DNA of 33,972 nt from sequence record SRR31147125_13840. One strand, 5' to 3'. The translations under genes were made by a program, and so were the position numbers. Shown here piece by piece: positions 1-9,576 of this stretch (within the stretch, counting starts at the first letter, position 1; every line of letters starts with the position of its first letter). Under the pieces are notes generated by a model that was not told the DNA's origin, ran no database searches, and worked only from the letters and a program-made list of their open reading frames with translations.

Positions 1-2
1 GA

Positions 3-365
3 AAAGTTGAACTATTACTTAGAAGTTTAATTCTTTTATGCTTGCTCATTGTGTCTATAAACTTTTTATTAAATAATGAACATCTTATTTTTTCTGTGAT
101 ATGGTTAGTGTTATTTATGATTAATATTATAAGTTTAGTTCGGCATTTAAGATTTAGAAGAACTGCGATGTTTGTTATAAAAAAAGATATGCTGTATTTA
201 TATGTTGAGACTTTATTTATTCGAAGATTTAAAGTTGAATCTGTGCGTGAAGAAGACGATTTTATTCAAATAACAGGGTTTAACCAAAAATTTTTCTACA
301 TACCAATTCATGCAGATGCTCATGAACTTCAAACTTTCTTAGAACAAATCAAACATAGTATTTAA
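3..365 (+). CDS. Small membrane protein, 5'-truncated by the window edge
   Basis: The frame is open from base 3 (KVELLLRSLILLCLLIVSIN...) into the listed 42..365 ORF; two hydrophobic stretches; followed by a terminator. Confidence 0.7.
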   Translation, partial: KVELLLRSLILLCLLIVSINFLLNNEHLIFSVIWLVLFMINIISLVRHLRFRRTAMFVIKKDMLYLYVETLFIRRFKVESVREEDDFIQITGFNQKFFYIPIHADAHELQTFLEQIKHSI

Positions 366-380
366 TTAGATTTTTTAGTT

Positions 381-414
381 AACAACCTCTCGCTATCTGA
401 AGGGTTGTTTTTTT
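381..414 (+). terminator. Intrinsic terminator
   Basis: AACAACCT...GGGTTGTT stem followed by a T-run, just after the stop at 365. Confidence 0.75.
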
Positions 415-571
415 AAAAAACCAGTCTAATTCACATAAAAACGATAAAAACGTTTGTGATGGTGCATAGTTTGTTACTTTGTGAAAAGCAGTTTTTTCCT
501 CATACAGTGTGTTATAATGAAAGTAACAAGACAATGCCGCGCAAACGATCATTTATATGGGAGTGGATAAT

Positions 572-2653
572 ATGTTAGAATTTATGACACTTATGTTAGT
601 GTTTATTGTTGTGATGACGATGAATATCATCATCTTTTTTGCATTTTTTAAATACTCTGATGTAACATATAGTGATTTTAGGTTTTGGATTATAGCATAC
701 GCACTACATACACTAGGATTGAGTGTCTATATGATTAGTGCCCATCAATTTAGTATATGGTTGGTCTTACTTCAAAACTTTTTAATTTTTGGAGCTGGCT
801 TGTTTAAAATATATGGAGTCAATCAATTATTAAATAAAAAGATTTGTTATAAATGTGGTTTTTTGCTCTTACTTTTTATACCTATCATTTTTTTAGAAGT
901 TTTTGATCTCATAAGTATTGCAGTAAGAATATCTTTAATTGCAATGCTAAATATTATCATGTATGCAGTTGCGTTATACTTTGTAAGTAAGCGTACAACT
1001 AAAATTAATAAAAGTTTTTTAAAGAGTTTTCAAATCACAATCATATTATTTATCGTGTTAAATATATTTAGAGGATTTACTGTATTATTAAATTTAGAGA
1101 ATACTTATGTTGATAGAAACATATTTAATGCTATCATAGTACTCATTGGTATTGGACTACATACTTTGTTTGCGTTTTCTATTATTTTTGTGATTTATGG
1201 TCGATATCAATATCGTTTTGTTGACCTTGAATTTAAAATGCAAAAACAAGAAGCAACTCAAAAAATAGAACAACAGTTTAAACAATTATTTGAAGAATTA
1301 CCACTTGGTGTTGCAGTGCATCAAATGATATTTGATCAGTCGCATAAAGCTATAGACTATCGCTTTTTAGATATTAATAAAGGATTTGAAGAACACACAT
1401 CACTGAGAAAAGAAGATATCTTGAATAAAACATTAAAAGAAGTCTTGCCAGGTACCGAACACATCTGGATTCAGCGTTATGAACATGTTGTTAAAGAGAA
1501 AAAAGTGATGAATTTTTCAGGTTATTCTAAAGAAATAGATAGATATTTTAATGTCGTCGCATATCCTATCGATCAAGATGGGTTTGTTACCATTGTTCAT
1601 AACACGACAAGTGAAATTAATCGTAAGCAACAACTTAAATTTTTATCAACACATGACTATTTAACAGGATTAAAAAATAGACATGAGTTTATTAATGATC
1701 TTGAAACGTTAACACATGCTAATGATATTAAAACAACACTAATTATTTTTGATATTGACGGATTACAATTGTTTAATGATGCGTTTGGTAGTGAAGTTGG
1801 CGATGAGATTTTAATTAAAGTTGCAGAAAAATTACTAGAAACAGTTACAAACAAATATTATGTTTATCGCATATCTGGAGATTCATTTGCAGTTATTCTA
1901 ACAAATGATACAATCGGTTTAGATGATAGAGCGATGACATTGAAAAATAAAATTGAAAGTATTTCTCATCAGGATTTCAATGTATCAATAACTTATGCAA
2001 TCAAAGAAAGACAACAAGAAAATACGAATGAACTCATCATTGAAGTTGAAAAAGAATTACAAAAAAGCAAGACTAAAAACAAGAATAGTAAATATGCAAC
2101 AAGAATTACAGCTATACTTGATGCTCTTACTGCGAAATATGATGACGAAAAACATCATTCTGAACAAGTGAAGAAACTATGTAAGAAAGTAGGAACAACA
2201 TTAGGACTTGATAAAACAGCAATTGATCACCTTGTCATGGCAGGTCATCTTCATGATATTGGTAAAATTGCGATACCTGAAGAAGTGCTACATAAACCAG
2301 GCAGACTCACAGAAGAAGAATATGAAATTGTTAAAACGCATGCTGAAATTGGATATCGCATATTAAATGCAGTTGATGAATACGAAGAGATAGCGGTTGC
2401 GACACTTCATCATCATGAACGCTATGACGGTAAAGGTTATCCTAAAGGATTAGAAGGTGAGGATATACCGCTCATCTCTAGAATAATCAGTGTGGTTGAT
2501 GCATATGAAGCGATGACATCAGATAGAGTTTATCGTAAATCATTAGGAAAAGACTTTGCGATTAAAGAATTAAAAGCTTGTAGTGGGAGTCAGTTTGACC
2601 CGCATATCGTTGATGTTTTTATTCGATGTATAAATAAAAAAAGTATAAGATAA
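572..2653 (+). CDS. Membrane sensor with PAS, degenerate GGDEF and HD-GYP domains (probable c-di-GMP phosphodiesterase)
   Basis: About 7 N-terminal TM segments; PAS-like DYRFLDIN..FE; HDYLTGLKNR, DIDGLQLFND and RISGDSF (GGDEF site); HDIGK and HHERYDGKGYP. ATG 572 follows GGGAGTGG (alternative start 557). Confidence 0.9.
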   Translation: MLEFMTLMLVFIVVMTMNIIIFFAFFKYSDVTYSDFRFWIIAYALHTLGLSVYMISAHQFSIWLVLLQNFLIFGAGLFKIYGVNQLLNKKICYKCGFLLLLFIPIIFLEVFDLISIAVRISLIAMLNIIMYAVALYFVSKRTTKINKSFLKSFQITIILFIVLNIFRGFTVLLNLENTYVDRNIFNAIIVLIGIGLHTLFAFSIIFVIYGRYQYRFVDLEFKMQKQEATQKIEQQFKQLFEELPLGVAVHQMIFDQSHKAIDYRFLDINKGFEEHTSLRKEDILNKTLKEVLPGTEHIWIQRYEHVVKEKKVMNFSGYSKEIDRYFNVVAYPIDQDGFVTIVHNTTSEINRKQQLKFLSTHDYLTGLKNRHEFINDLETLTHANDIKTTLIIFDIDGLQLFNDAFGSEVGDEILIKVAEKLLETVTNKYYVYRISGDSFAVILTNDTIGLDDRAMTLKNKIESISHQDFNVSITYAIKERQQENTNELIIEVEKELQKSKTKNKNSKYATRITAILDALTAKYDDEKHHSEQVKKLCKKVGTTLGLDKTAIDHLVMAGHLHDIGKIAIPEEVLHKPGRLTEEEYEIVKTHAEIGYRILNAVDEYEEIAVATLHHHERYDGKGYPKGLEGEDIPLISRIISVVDAYEAMTSDRVYRKSLGKDFAIKELKACSGSQFDPHIVDVFIRCINKKSIR

Positions 2654-2797
2654 AACTCAAATAAACTGTTTAAAACAGCCGTTGTTATTACTCGAAAAAA
2701 GTATAAAGCAAACATACGAATTAGTACCTTAAAAACGGACACTAATAAAAAAGAGACTGAAGAGCTTGATTCCTATATTTAATAGGAGCGATCTCTT

Positions 2798-3589
2798 TTA
2801 TTTTTCTTGTAAACGTTTGTTGTTATAATAACACATATAATTCTCAATAACAGTATAAGCGTTTGATTTATATAATTGTTTTTCTCTATAAATACATTCT
2901 GTCTTTAAAATAGCGAAGAATGATTCAATCGGTGCGTTATCTACACTGCTACCTTTAGCTGATATAGATTGGGTAACACCTTCAGATAATAATCGTTCTT
3001 TATAGAATTGATGGGTAAAATGCCATCCTTGATCTGAATGCATTATCAACGAAGTTCTTTGTTCATAAGGTATGATCTTAAAAGCTTTATCGATTGTATC
3101 TAGCACTAACTTTAAATCAATACGTTCTGATAGACGCCATGCGATGATGGATTTATCATATTGATCTTTGATGGCACATAAATAACTCAGTCCATCTCTA
3201 AGAAAGATATATGATATATCAATTGACCATTTCTCATTGGGTTTATTTGTGGTAAAATCTCTTTGTAAAACATTAGGTATATCATGGTTGCTAGCTTTCG
3301 GATATGATTTTTGTTTTACGCGAACAGTGGCCTTTAGGTCATTGATCTTCAAATAGCGGTATACGGTTGTATTGGTCAAAATAACCCCGTATGCCGCTTT
3401 TATATGCATGCTTACAGATCTAATACCTCTACGATCATCTGCTTCATACATTTCTTTAACCATTTGATTAATTACTTCATTAAACGCCTTATGTTTTGGC
3501 CTACCTAATTTTATCCAATCATAATATCCACTTCTAGAACAGTCTAATGTCTTACATAAGAGCTTAACTGAATATTTTTCTCTCATCAT
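2798..3589 (-). CDS. IS3 transposase OrfB (DDE/rve); last ~16 codons out of frame
   Basis: WSIDISY, HSDQG, DNAPIESFF motifs. After RLQEK the expected tail IKEIAPIKYRNQALQSLFY continues in the -1 frame (T5 at 2801-2805). Confidence 0.9.
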   Translation of the reverse strand: MMREKYSVKLLCKTLDCSRSGYYDWIKLGRPKHKAFNEVINQMVKEMYEADDRRGIRSVSMHIKAAYGVILTNTTVYRYLKINDLKATVRVKQKSYPKASNHDIPNVLQRDFTTNKPNEKWSIDISYIFLRDGLSYLCAIKDQYDKSIIAWRLSERIDLKLVLDTIDKAFKIIPYEQRTSLIMHSDQGWHFTHQFYKERLLSEGVTQSISAKGSSVDNAPIESFFAILKTECIYREKQLYKSNAYTVIENYMCYYNNKRLQEK

Positions 3590-3615
3590 TTCAATGATTT
3601 GATAGTATGCTTTGG

Positions 3616-3948
3616 TTAACCTTTCTTTAGGTAGGCTAGGAATTTTTTTATATCTTCATATAACCTCACTTTTTCGATCAACGCTTTCTTACTTAATGAT
3701 TCTAAATCTTCCTCATATTTTCTGGGTCTTCCTTTTCTTGGGTTATCAGCTTTGGTTGCTTTCCCTCTAAGATCAATCACTGTCCCATATGTTTGATATT
3801 GTTTGACCCATTTGTATACTTGTGACTTGCTTCCAATATCATAGCGACGTACAATATCTGCTATACCTATATGATCATCTAGATATAATAATACGATTTG
3901 ATTTTTTTCTTCGATACCATGACTTGTATGTTTCTCATTCTTTCTCAT
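3616..3948 (-). CDS. IS3 transposase OrfA (HTH)
   Basis: HTH-like IADIVRRYDIGSKSQVYKWVKQY; GRPRK; lies upstream of orfB. Confidence 0.85.
   Translation of the reverse strand: MRKNEKHTSHGIEEKNQIVLLYLDDHIGIADIVRRYDIGSKSQVYKWVKQYQTYGTVIDLRGKATKADNPRKGRPRKYEEDLESLSKKALIEKVRLYEDIKKFLAYLKKG
3643..3649 (-). other. Programmed -1 frameshift site A-AAA-AAA joining OrfA to OrfB
   Basis: Minus strand reads ATA AAA AAA TTC; the -1 frame reads IPSLPKERLTKAYYQIIE straight into MMREKY of OrfB. Confidence 0.85.
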
Positions 3949-3970
3949 CTAATACTGTTTTTAGTATATC

Positions 3971-4009
3971 AAAAAAGACATACTAGATTTCTAATATGTC
4001 TCTTTTTTT
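3971..4009. terminator. Bidirectional terminator-like hairpin inside the IS end upstream of orfA
   Basis: AAAAAAGACATACTAG-ATTT-CTAATATGTCTCTTTTTTT. Confidence 0.55.
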
Positions 4010-4051
4010 ATCGTGTCCGTTTTAAGGTAACGGATTCTACTTAAGGATTTT

Positions 4052-4720
4052 TTATTTTAATTGATGTATGAGATTAAAAGCTGATTCAAGTTCAACATAA
4101 TCATCAACAGTAATTGAAAATGCTATGTCTAAATCATCTTTTAGTGTTTGAAAATCAACAAACACGATAGGATAAGATGGGTACAACTGATAAATATATG
4201 TTTGAAGTGTCTCCAATTGATTGATATCTTCATAGGATAATGTGATAGAAGTTCTATATTCATAGTAGGTTTGCTTAGAAATAGAAATGTATTGATTAGA
4301 TGATGCTAATGATTTTAATGTGTTAAATACTATAATATCAGTTATCGTAGGTGTTAAATCTATATCATCAAGTAAAGACTGAAATTCAGATGAATCAAGT
4401 GATAAAATATCAAGGTAGGTTTGACTTCCTTCAGTGTACAATCGCTCCATTAAAGCAAATAAATCCACATATGATTGCATAGCTTCATCTGATAGAGGTT
4501 CTGCGTATACTTGTTGATGCAAAATGTTTATATCATCAATAGGTGTACTCGTTTGGCTAAATATATCATCAAAAGCTAGATTTGTAAAAGTAAGTGTATG
4601 CCAATCATATGAAAGAGATGATGCCATCGTAGGTTCACTTATGCCATCATAATCAGCTGAACATGAGACAAGTATGAGACTGAGTATCATCAATATGAAT
4701 GTAGTATATAATTTTTTCAT
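4052..4720 (-). CDS. Acidic lipoprotein, unknown function
   Basis: MKK, hydrophobic core and LVSC lipobox; AAGGAGGTG RBS. Confidence 0.8.
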   Translation of the reverse strand: MKKLYTTFILMILSLILVSCSADYDGISEPTMASSLSYDWHTLTFTNLAFDDIFSQTSTPIDDINILHQQVYAEPLSDEAMQSYVDLFALMERLYTEGSQTYLDILSLDSSEFQSLLDDIDLTPTITDIIVFNTLKSLASSNQYISISKQTYYEYRTSITLSYEDINQLETLQTYIYQLYPSYPIVFVDFQTLKDDLDIAFSITVDDYVELESAFNLIHQLK

Positions 4721-4776
4721 TTCGCACCTCCTTACATATATATCTTATATGTTAGTTATGTCAAAGTCATGACATT

Positions 4777-6189
4777 TTATTCTTTTATTGCAATAATGAT
4801 TTTAGCAGTAACGTAACCATTATCATTAAAAATCTTATATGGATATTGATATAAGCTACAAATTTGTTTTACAATATGTAAACCTAAACCACTACCTTTA
4901 ACATGTTCTTTATGCCTATTTGATCGATAGAATGACTCAAAAAGTTTTTCAATTTCTTCATCAGGAATATATCCTTTATTTTTTACAGTAATGACATATT
5001 GGTTATTATTTTTTTGACCTTGGATTGTAATGTGACTGTCATCACTATAAATCACAGCATTCTTTACAAGATTTGAAATAACAATGAGTAATAATTCCTT
5101 ATCCATCTTAAGAGTTGCAGGAGAAATATCTTTGTTGATTGACACAAAGTGTTGAGCAGAAAATAAAGACATTGATTCTAAGTGCTTAAGCATGTCATCT
5201 GTGTGACTTACTTTTGTATAATCAACTTTATCTTCTAACTTAAGAGAGTAAGTTAAATCATTGGTGATTTGTTCGATAGCATCCACTTGTTTCATGAGTT
5301 CTTTTAAGTATGTATCTTTGTCCTTATAACGGCCAACACCATCAATCATACCTTCAATCATACCCTTCATGACAGCAAGCGGTGTTTTAAGTTCATGATT
5401 GATGGTCATGATTAAATCTTTTTTCTTTTCCTCTTGAATTTTTTCTTGATCAAAGTCTTCAGATAATTTTTGATTTGCTTGATCAAAATCGTGATAAGAT
5501 TTCTTTAGATTGTATGTCATTTCATTAAGCGATGTGTTGAGTTCTCTAAATTCATCATGTCTTTTTAAATTTAGCGAAGTAGAAAAATCGAGTGATGATA
5601 TACGTTTTGCATATTGATTAATTTTTTTGATAGGCCGAGCAGTATTAAGTGAAAGCATCACAGACAATAATGTAACTGCAACTATCATAAAGATAGATTG
5701 TGTCATATTAATCTCATTTAAAACAAGATCAATATTTTGTAATGACTGTATGCGTGTTGATATGATTAAATAATGATTAATATCAAATGTATAAATATAG
5801 TTAATCTCATAAATATCATCATTTAATACAACAGTATAAGACAGCTTATCCTCTACAATTGTATCTTCATGATCAAAGATATCGATGACAAAAGGTAGAA
5901 GATCGGATTCATTTAAAAAATCAGGTCCAATCTCTTCAACAATTTGATTATCCTCATATAAAATAAATGAAGTTTCACTTGAAAGTGATTTAAGTTTTGT
6001 CTCTGAAAGTGGTACATCATTTAATAAGTCATCTGTCGATAATAAAATCGAGGATTTCACACGCTCTATATTTTTTTCAATATATAGGGGTGAAAACCTC
6101 TGATAAGAAATATATATATTTAATAATAATACAATAGAAAAGGATAAGAGCAGCATGAAAAAAGTTTTAACAAAAATACTTATTTTCAT
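4777..6189 (-). CDS. Sensor histidine kinase (2 TM, HAMP, HisKA, HATPase)
   Basis: HELKTPL H-box, NLVKNA N-box, LFESFYR, GSGLGL. Confidence 0.95.
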   Translation of the reverse strand: MKISIFVKTFFMLLLSFSIVLLLNIYISYQRFSPLYIEKNIERVKSSILLSTDDLLNDVPLSETKLKSLSSETSFILYEDNQIVEEIGPDFLNESDLLPFVIDIFDHEDTIVEDKLSYTVVLNDDIYEINYIYTFDINHYLIISTRIQSLQNIDLVLNEINMTQSIFMIVAVTLLSVMLSLNTARPIKKINQYAKRISSLDFSTSLNLKRHDEFRELNTSLNEMTYNLKKSYHDFDQANQKLSEDFDQEKIQEEKKKDLIMTINHELKTPLAVMKGMIEGMIDGVGRYKDKDTYLKELMKQVDAIEQITNDLTYSLKLEDKVDYTKVSHTDDMLKHLESMSLFSAQHFVSINKDISPATLKMDKELLLIVISNLVKNAVIYSDDSHITIQGQKNNNQYVITVKNKGYIPDEEIEKLFESFYRSNRHKEHVKGSGLGLHIVKQICSLYQYPYKIFNDNGYVTAKIIIAIKE

Positions 6190-6212
6190 GATGTACCCTC
6201 CAATCTATCTGA

Positions 6213-6881
6213 TTATTTTTCGAATTTATAACCTGTTTTGTAAACAGTTTTTACATATTGAGATGCAGTACCTAACTTTTGTCTAAGTCTTTTAATATGT
6301 GTATCTATGGTGCGGTCATAACCCATATAGTCATAGCCCCAAATAAGATTAAGCAGTTCATCTCTCGTATAGATTCTTCCTGGATGCTTGATAAATAGAG
6401 AAAATAGTTCCCACTCTTTTTTGTTTAATTTTACAGGTGTGTTTTCAACTTTAACTACTTGATTATCTAATTGATAAGTAATGATGCCATATGTGAATTG
6501 TTGATTGGGTGTGTGTTGTTCATATCTTGATAAGACTGATTTTATTTTTTTAACAACAATTTTAGGACTATAAGGTTTTGTAACATAGTCATCAATACCT
6601 AGGTTAAAACCTTTTAGTTGATTTTCCTCATCGCTTAGTGCAGATAACATAATGATTGGCATGTCATGTTTTTTGCGAATATGCTTGCATATTTCGAAAC
6701 CGTTCATATGAGGCAACATGACATCCAATAGTATGAGTTCGAATGTTTGTGTGTTTATCGTTTCAAGTGCGATGATGCCATCATAGCATTGTGTTATAGC
6801 TGCTTGCGGGAATTCTTCAAGTATATAATCATGTAATAAATCATTTAATTGTTTTTCATCTTCAACAATAAGGATATTCAT
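6213..6881 (-). CDS. OmpR/PhoB-family response regulator
   Basis: ILIVEDE, LLDVMLP, DDYVTKP, RTIDTHIKRLRQKL. Confidence 0.95.
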   Translation of the reverse strand: MNILIVEDEKQLNDLLHDYILEEFPQAAITQCYDGIIALETINTQTFELILLDVMLPHMNGFEICKHIRKKHDMPIIMLSALSDEENQLKGFNLGIDDYVTKPYSPKIVVKKIKSVLSRYEQHTPNQQFTYGIITYQLDNQVVKVENTPVKLNKKEWELFSLFIKHPGRIYTRDELLNLIWGYDYMGYDRTIDTHIKRLRQKLGTASQYVKTVYKTGYKFEK

Positions 6882-6942
6882 CAGAGTTCCCCCTTTTCTA
6901 ATATTTTAGCATATATATTTAATAATCGTATACATGCGTATA

Positions 6943-7066
6943 TTTGTGACAAAAAAGTGCAAATAACAATTTGTCACAAAAAAGTGCAAACAAAGCGTTT
7001 GTCACAAAAAGTGCAAATGACAATTTGTCACAATTTATTCACAGAAAAGACATATTTTTGTCACAA
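6943..7066. repeat. Tandem ~27 bp repeat array (3 full units, 2 core-only) in the divergent promoter region
   Basis: TTTGT(C/G)ACAA at 6943, 6970, 6998, 7024 and 7057; the first three continue A-run-GTGCAAA. Confidence 0.9.
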
Positions 7067-7113
7067 CTTTTTATTATGATAGACATATCAAAAGAGAAAT
7101 GAGGGAAAAAGTG

Positions 7114-8631
7114 ATGAAAAAAATAAGTTTATTAAGTGTATGTTTTATGTTATTAATGGTCTTAGTATCTTGCGCAAGTGATATGGATGGCGTCTATGAC
7201 AATTATGGGTATGAACCAACGATGTCAAGTGGAGAAAATTATGCAGAAATTATTGAAAATGAATTTATCAATACAGAAGATATGCCAGTATCTACATTTT
7301 CATCAGATGTTGATACAGCATCATATTCAAATATTAGAAGAATGATCAATAATGGATTTCTTCCTCAACCAAACGCAGTAAGAATAGAAGAGATGATTAA
7401 TTATTTTGATTATGGTCTAGACAAACCTGAGGAAGATGAAGACATTAGAGTCACATCAGAACTAAGTGATGCACCGTGGAATGATGAACATCAATTACTC
7501 ATGTTGGGATTAAAAACTGAAGATATCGTTTTTGAAGAAACTGAAGGTATGAACTTGGTCTTTTTAATTGATGTATCTGGATCTATGTCAGCAGATGACA
7601 AATTACCGTTATTAAAAGATGCATTTGAAGTTTTAATTGATCAATTAAGACCAGATGATGCGATATCTATTGTTGTATATGCCGGCGCAGCGGGCGTTGT
7701 ATTAGAAGGATCAGATAGTGAAACTGAAATTAGAGACGCCCTCAATAATCTTAGAGCAGGCGGCTCAACTGCTGGTGCACAAGGTATTGAACTCGCATAT
7801 CAAATCGCAGAGAAGTATTATATTGAAGGTGGAAATAATCGTATCCTTTTAGCCTCTGATGGTGATTTCAATGTAGGGATGACAAATGTAGACGCTTTAG
7901 AAAACCTTATTGCTGAAAAAAGAGATACAGGTGTCTATTTATCTGTACTAGGATTTGGAACGGGAAACCTTAATGATGAAGTGATGGAATCACTTGCAGA
8001 TCATGGTAATGGTATCTATTTCTATATTGATTCATTAAATGAAGCTGAAAAAATATTTGAACATGAACTAAGTGGATCAATGATTACTGTGGCTAAAGAT
8101 GTAAAACTTCAAATTGAATTTAATCCAACACATGTTAAAGCTTACAGGTTAATTGGTTATGAAAATAGAGTATTAGATTATGATGATTTTGATGACGATG
8201 ATGTTGATGCAGCAGATATGGGTGCTGGACATGAAGTAATCGCATTTTATGAGATTATTACAACCGATTCAACAGAAGAAGTTGAAGCTAAAACATATGA
8301 TATACCACAAGATCTTCGATATGATGGTACAAATTATAGTGATGAGTTTGCTACATTATCTATAAGATATAAAACACCTGAAGAAGAGGTGTCAGCAATC
8401 ATAGAACATTACATTTATGAAAATGCATATAGCATGGAACAAAGTGAAGCATTTAGATTTGCAAGTAGTGTCGTTGAATTTGGTTTATTATTAAGAGATT
8501 CAAATTATAAAGGAAGTGCAAGTTATGAAGAAGTACTTACACGATCAGAACAAGCACTAGGCGATGATGAACTAGGATATCGCATTGAGTTTTATGAACT
8601 CGTTAGAAAAGCACAACAACTCGCGGATTAA
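7114..8631 (+). CDS. vWA-domain lipoprotein (YfbK / DUF3520 type)
   Basis: LVSC lipobox; STFSSDVDTASYS, VRIEEMINYF, MIDAS DVSGSM, SDGDFNVG, YRLIGYENR. Confidence 0.9.
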   Translation: MKKISLLSVCFMLLMVLVSCASDMDGVYDNYGYEPTMSSGENYAEIIENEFINTEDMPVSTFSSDVDTASYSNIRRMINNGFLPQPNAVRIEEMINYFDYGLDKPEEDEDIRVTSELSDAPWNDEHQLLMLGLKTEDIVFEETEGMNLVFLIDVSGSMSADDKLPLLKDAFEVLIDQLRPDDAISIVVYAGAAGVVLEGSDSETEIRDALNNLRAGGSTAGAQGIELAYQIAEKYYIEGGNNRILLASDGDFNVGMTNVDALENLIAEKRDTGVYLSVLGFGTGNLNDEVMESLADHGNGIYFYIDSLNEAEKIFEHELSGSMITVAKDVKLQIEFNPTHVKAYRLIGYENRVLDYDDFDDDDVDAADMGAGHEVIAFYEIITTDSTEEVEAKTYDIPQDLRYDGTNYSDEFATLSIRYKTPEEEVSAIIEHYIYENAYSMEQSEAFRFASSVVEFGLLLRDSNYKGSASYEEVLTRSEQALGDDELGYRIEFYELVRKAQQLAD

Positions 8632-8636
8632 ATATT

Positions 8637-8669
8637 AGGAACTAAACGTAATCGTTTAGTTCCTTTTTT
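8637..8669 (+). terminator. Intrinsic terminator
   Basis: AGGAACTAAACG-TAAT-CGTTTAGTTCCT followed by T5. Confidence 0.9.
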
Positions 8670-8748
8670 CTCATCTACATGAAACATCACAAATTATCAT
8701 GTATAATAGATGTATACGTATAACGATATCAAACAAATGAGGTATAAC

Positions 8749-9467
8749 ATGGAAGAAGTAAGAAAAAAATAGCATTACTCATAGACTATGATAATTTTAA
8801 TCAAGAAAAATATTTACCCGTTCTCTTAGACGAACTCAATGAAATAGGAGACGTATTAATTAAATATGCTTTTTATTCAAACCTAAACGATGGAACAATT
8901 CGCGAAAAATTTATTAAACACGGGATAGAACCTATGAGCCAAATCGCTTATTCAAAAGGTAAGAATGCAGTCGATATTAGAATGACCATAGAAGCCATGA
9001 ATCTTTTAAGTAAAGATTATATTGATGGCATATGTATTGCATCAAGCGATAGTGACTTCACACCACTTGTTTATCAATTACAAAAAAACAATCGATATGT
9101 TATCGGTGCTGGTGATAACAAAGCATCAAGTACATATATGAATGTATTTAATGATTTTATCAGTGTTGAAAAAATTAGTGGCCCAGCAGAAGAAACAAAA
9201 ACAAATAAAAAAACACCTAATAAAAATAAATACATTGAAAATCTTGTATTAAGAGTTAATAAAATTATTGATGCAAATCATGATGAGGAAGGCTATGCTG
9301 ATTTTTCATATGTGGTTAATATGTTAAAAAGCCAAATGAAAGATTTTAGTCCTAAAAACTATGGTGCTAAAAACAAACAAGCATTACCATTCTTTAAATT
9401 CAAATTAAAGAATTACTATATGTTAAAGCATGAAGGTACATTGTGGTTTATCAAACCAAAAAAATAA
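8749..9467 (+). pseudogene. NYN (LabA/DUF88) domain protein with a C-terminal LOTUS/OST-HTH, frameshifted near the start
   Basis: GAGGT RBS and ATG 8749 (MEEVRKK*). One more A in A7 (8763-8769) gives IALLIDYDN in frame with KNAVD, SSDSDFTPL and FSPKNYG. Confidence 0.85.
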
Positions 9468-9474
9468 TGATTAT

Positions 9475-9499
9475 AAAAAAAGCACTTGGTGCTTTTTTT
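9475..9499 (+). terminator. Intrinsic terminator
   Basis: A7-GCAC-TTG-GTGC-T7. Confidence 0.8.
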
Positions 9500-9511
9500 A
9501 ATGCATATTTA

Positions 9512-9563
9512 TTGAACAAATAATATCTTAATGTTAAGATAATATTATCTTAATACAAAGATA
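9512..9563 (+). promoter_or_regulatory. Sigma-A promoter overlapped by two MarR-type operator palindromes
   Basis: TTGAAC(9512)-17 bp-TAAGAT(9535) with extended TG; TATCTTAATGTTAAGATA (9524-9541) and TATCTTAATACAAAGATA (9546-9563). Confidence 0.8.
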
Positions 9564-9576
9564 AAAAGGAGTGCTC

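Larger units (their letters stand above)
2715..4039 (-). mobile_element. IS3-family insertion sequence (about 1.3 kb)
   Basis: Imperfect terminal IRs: TACCTTAAAAACGGACACTAATAAAAAAGAGAC (2725-2757) versus reverse-complement TACCTTAAAACGGACACGATAAAAAAAGAGAC (3998-4029); orfA/orfB pair inside. Exact ends uncertain by a few bases; no clear target duplication. Confidence 0.9.

Noticed and set aside
525-570. c-di-GMP-I riboswitch upstream of the HD-GYP gene (GCAAAC present)
   Set aside because: It lacks the GNRA-capped stem, the second GCAAA and the P2/P3 pairing, and there is too little room
6943-7066. CRISPR array
   Set aside because: Units are head-to-tail with only ~5-7 variable nt, so there are no spacer-length unique segments, and there are no cas genes in the window
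6849-7079. 76-aa ORF with ICHKKVQ repeats
   Set aside because: It is a by-product of the DNA repeat array, overlaps the response regulator start and has no RBS
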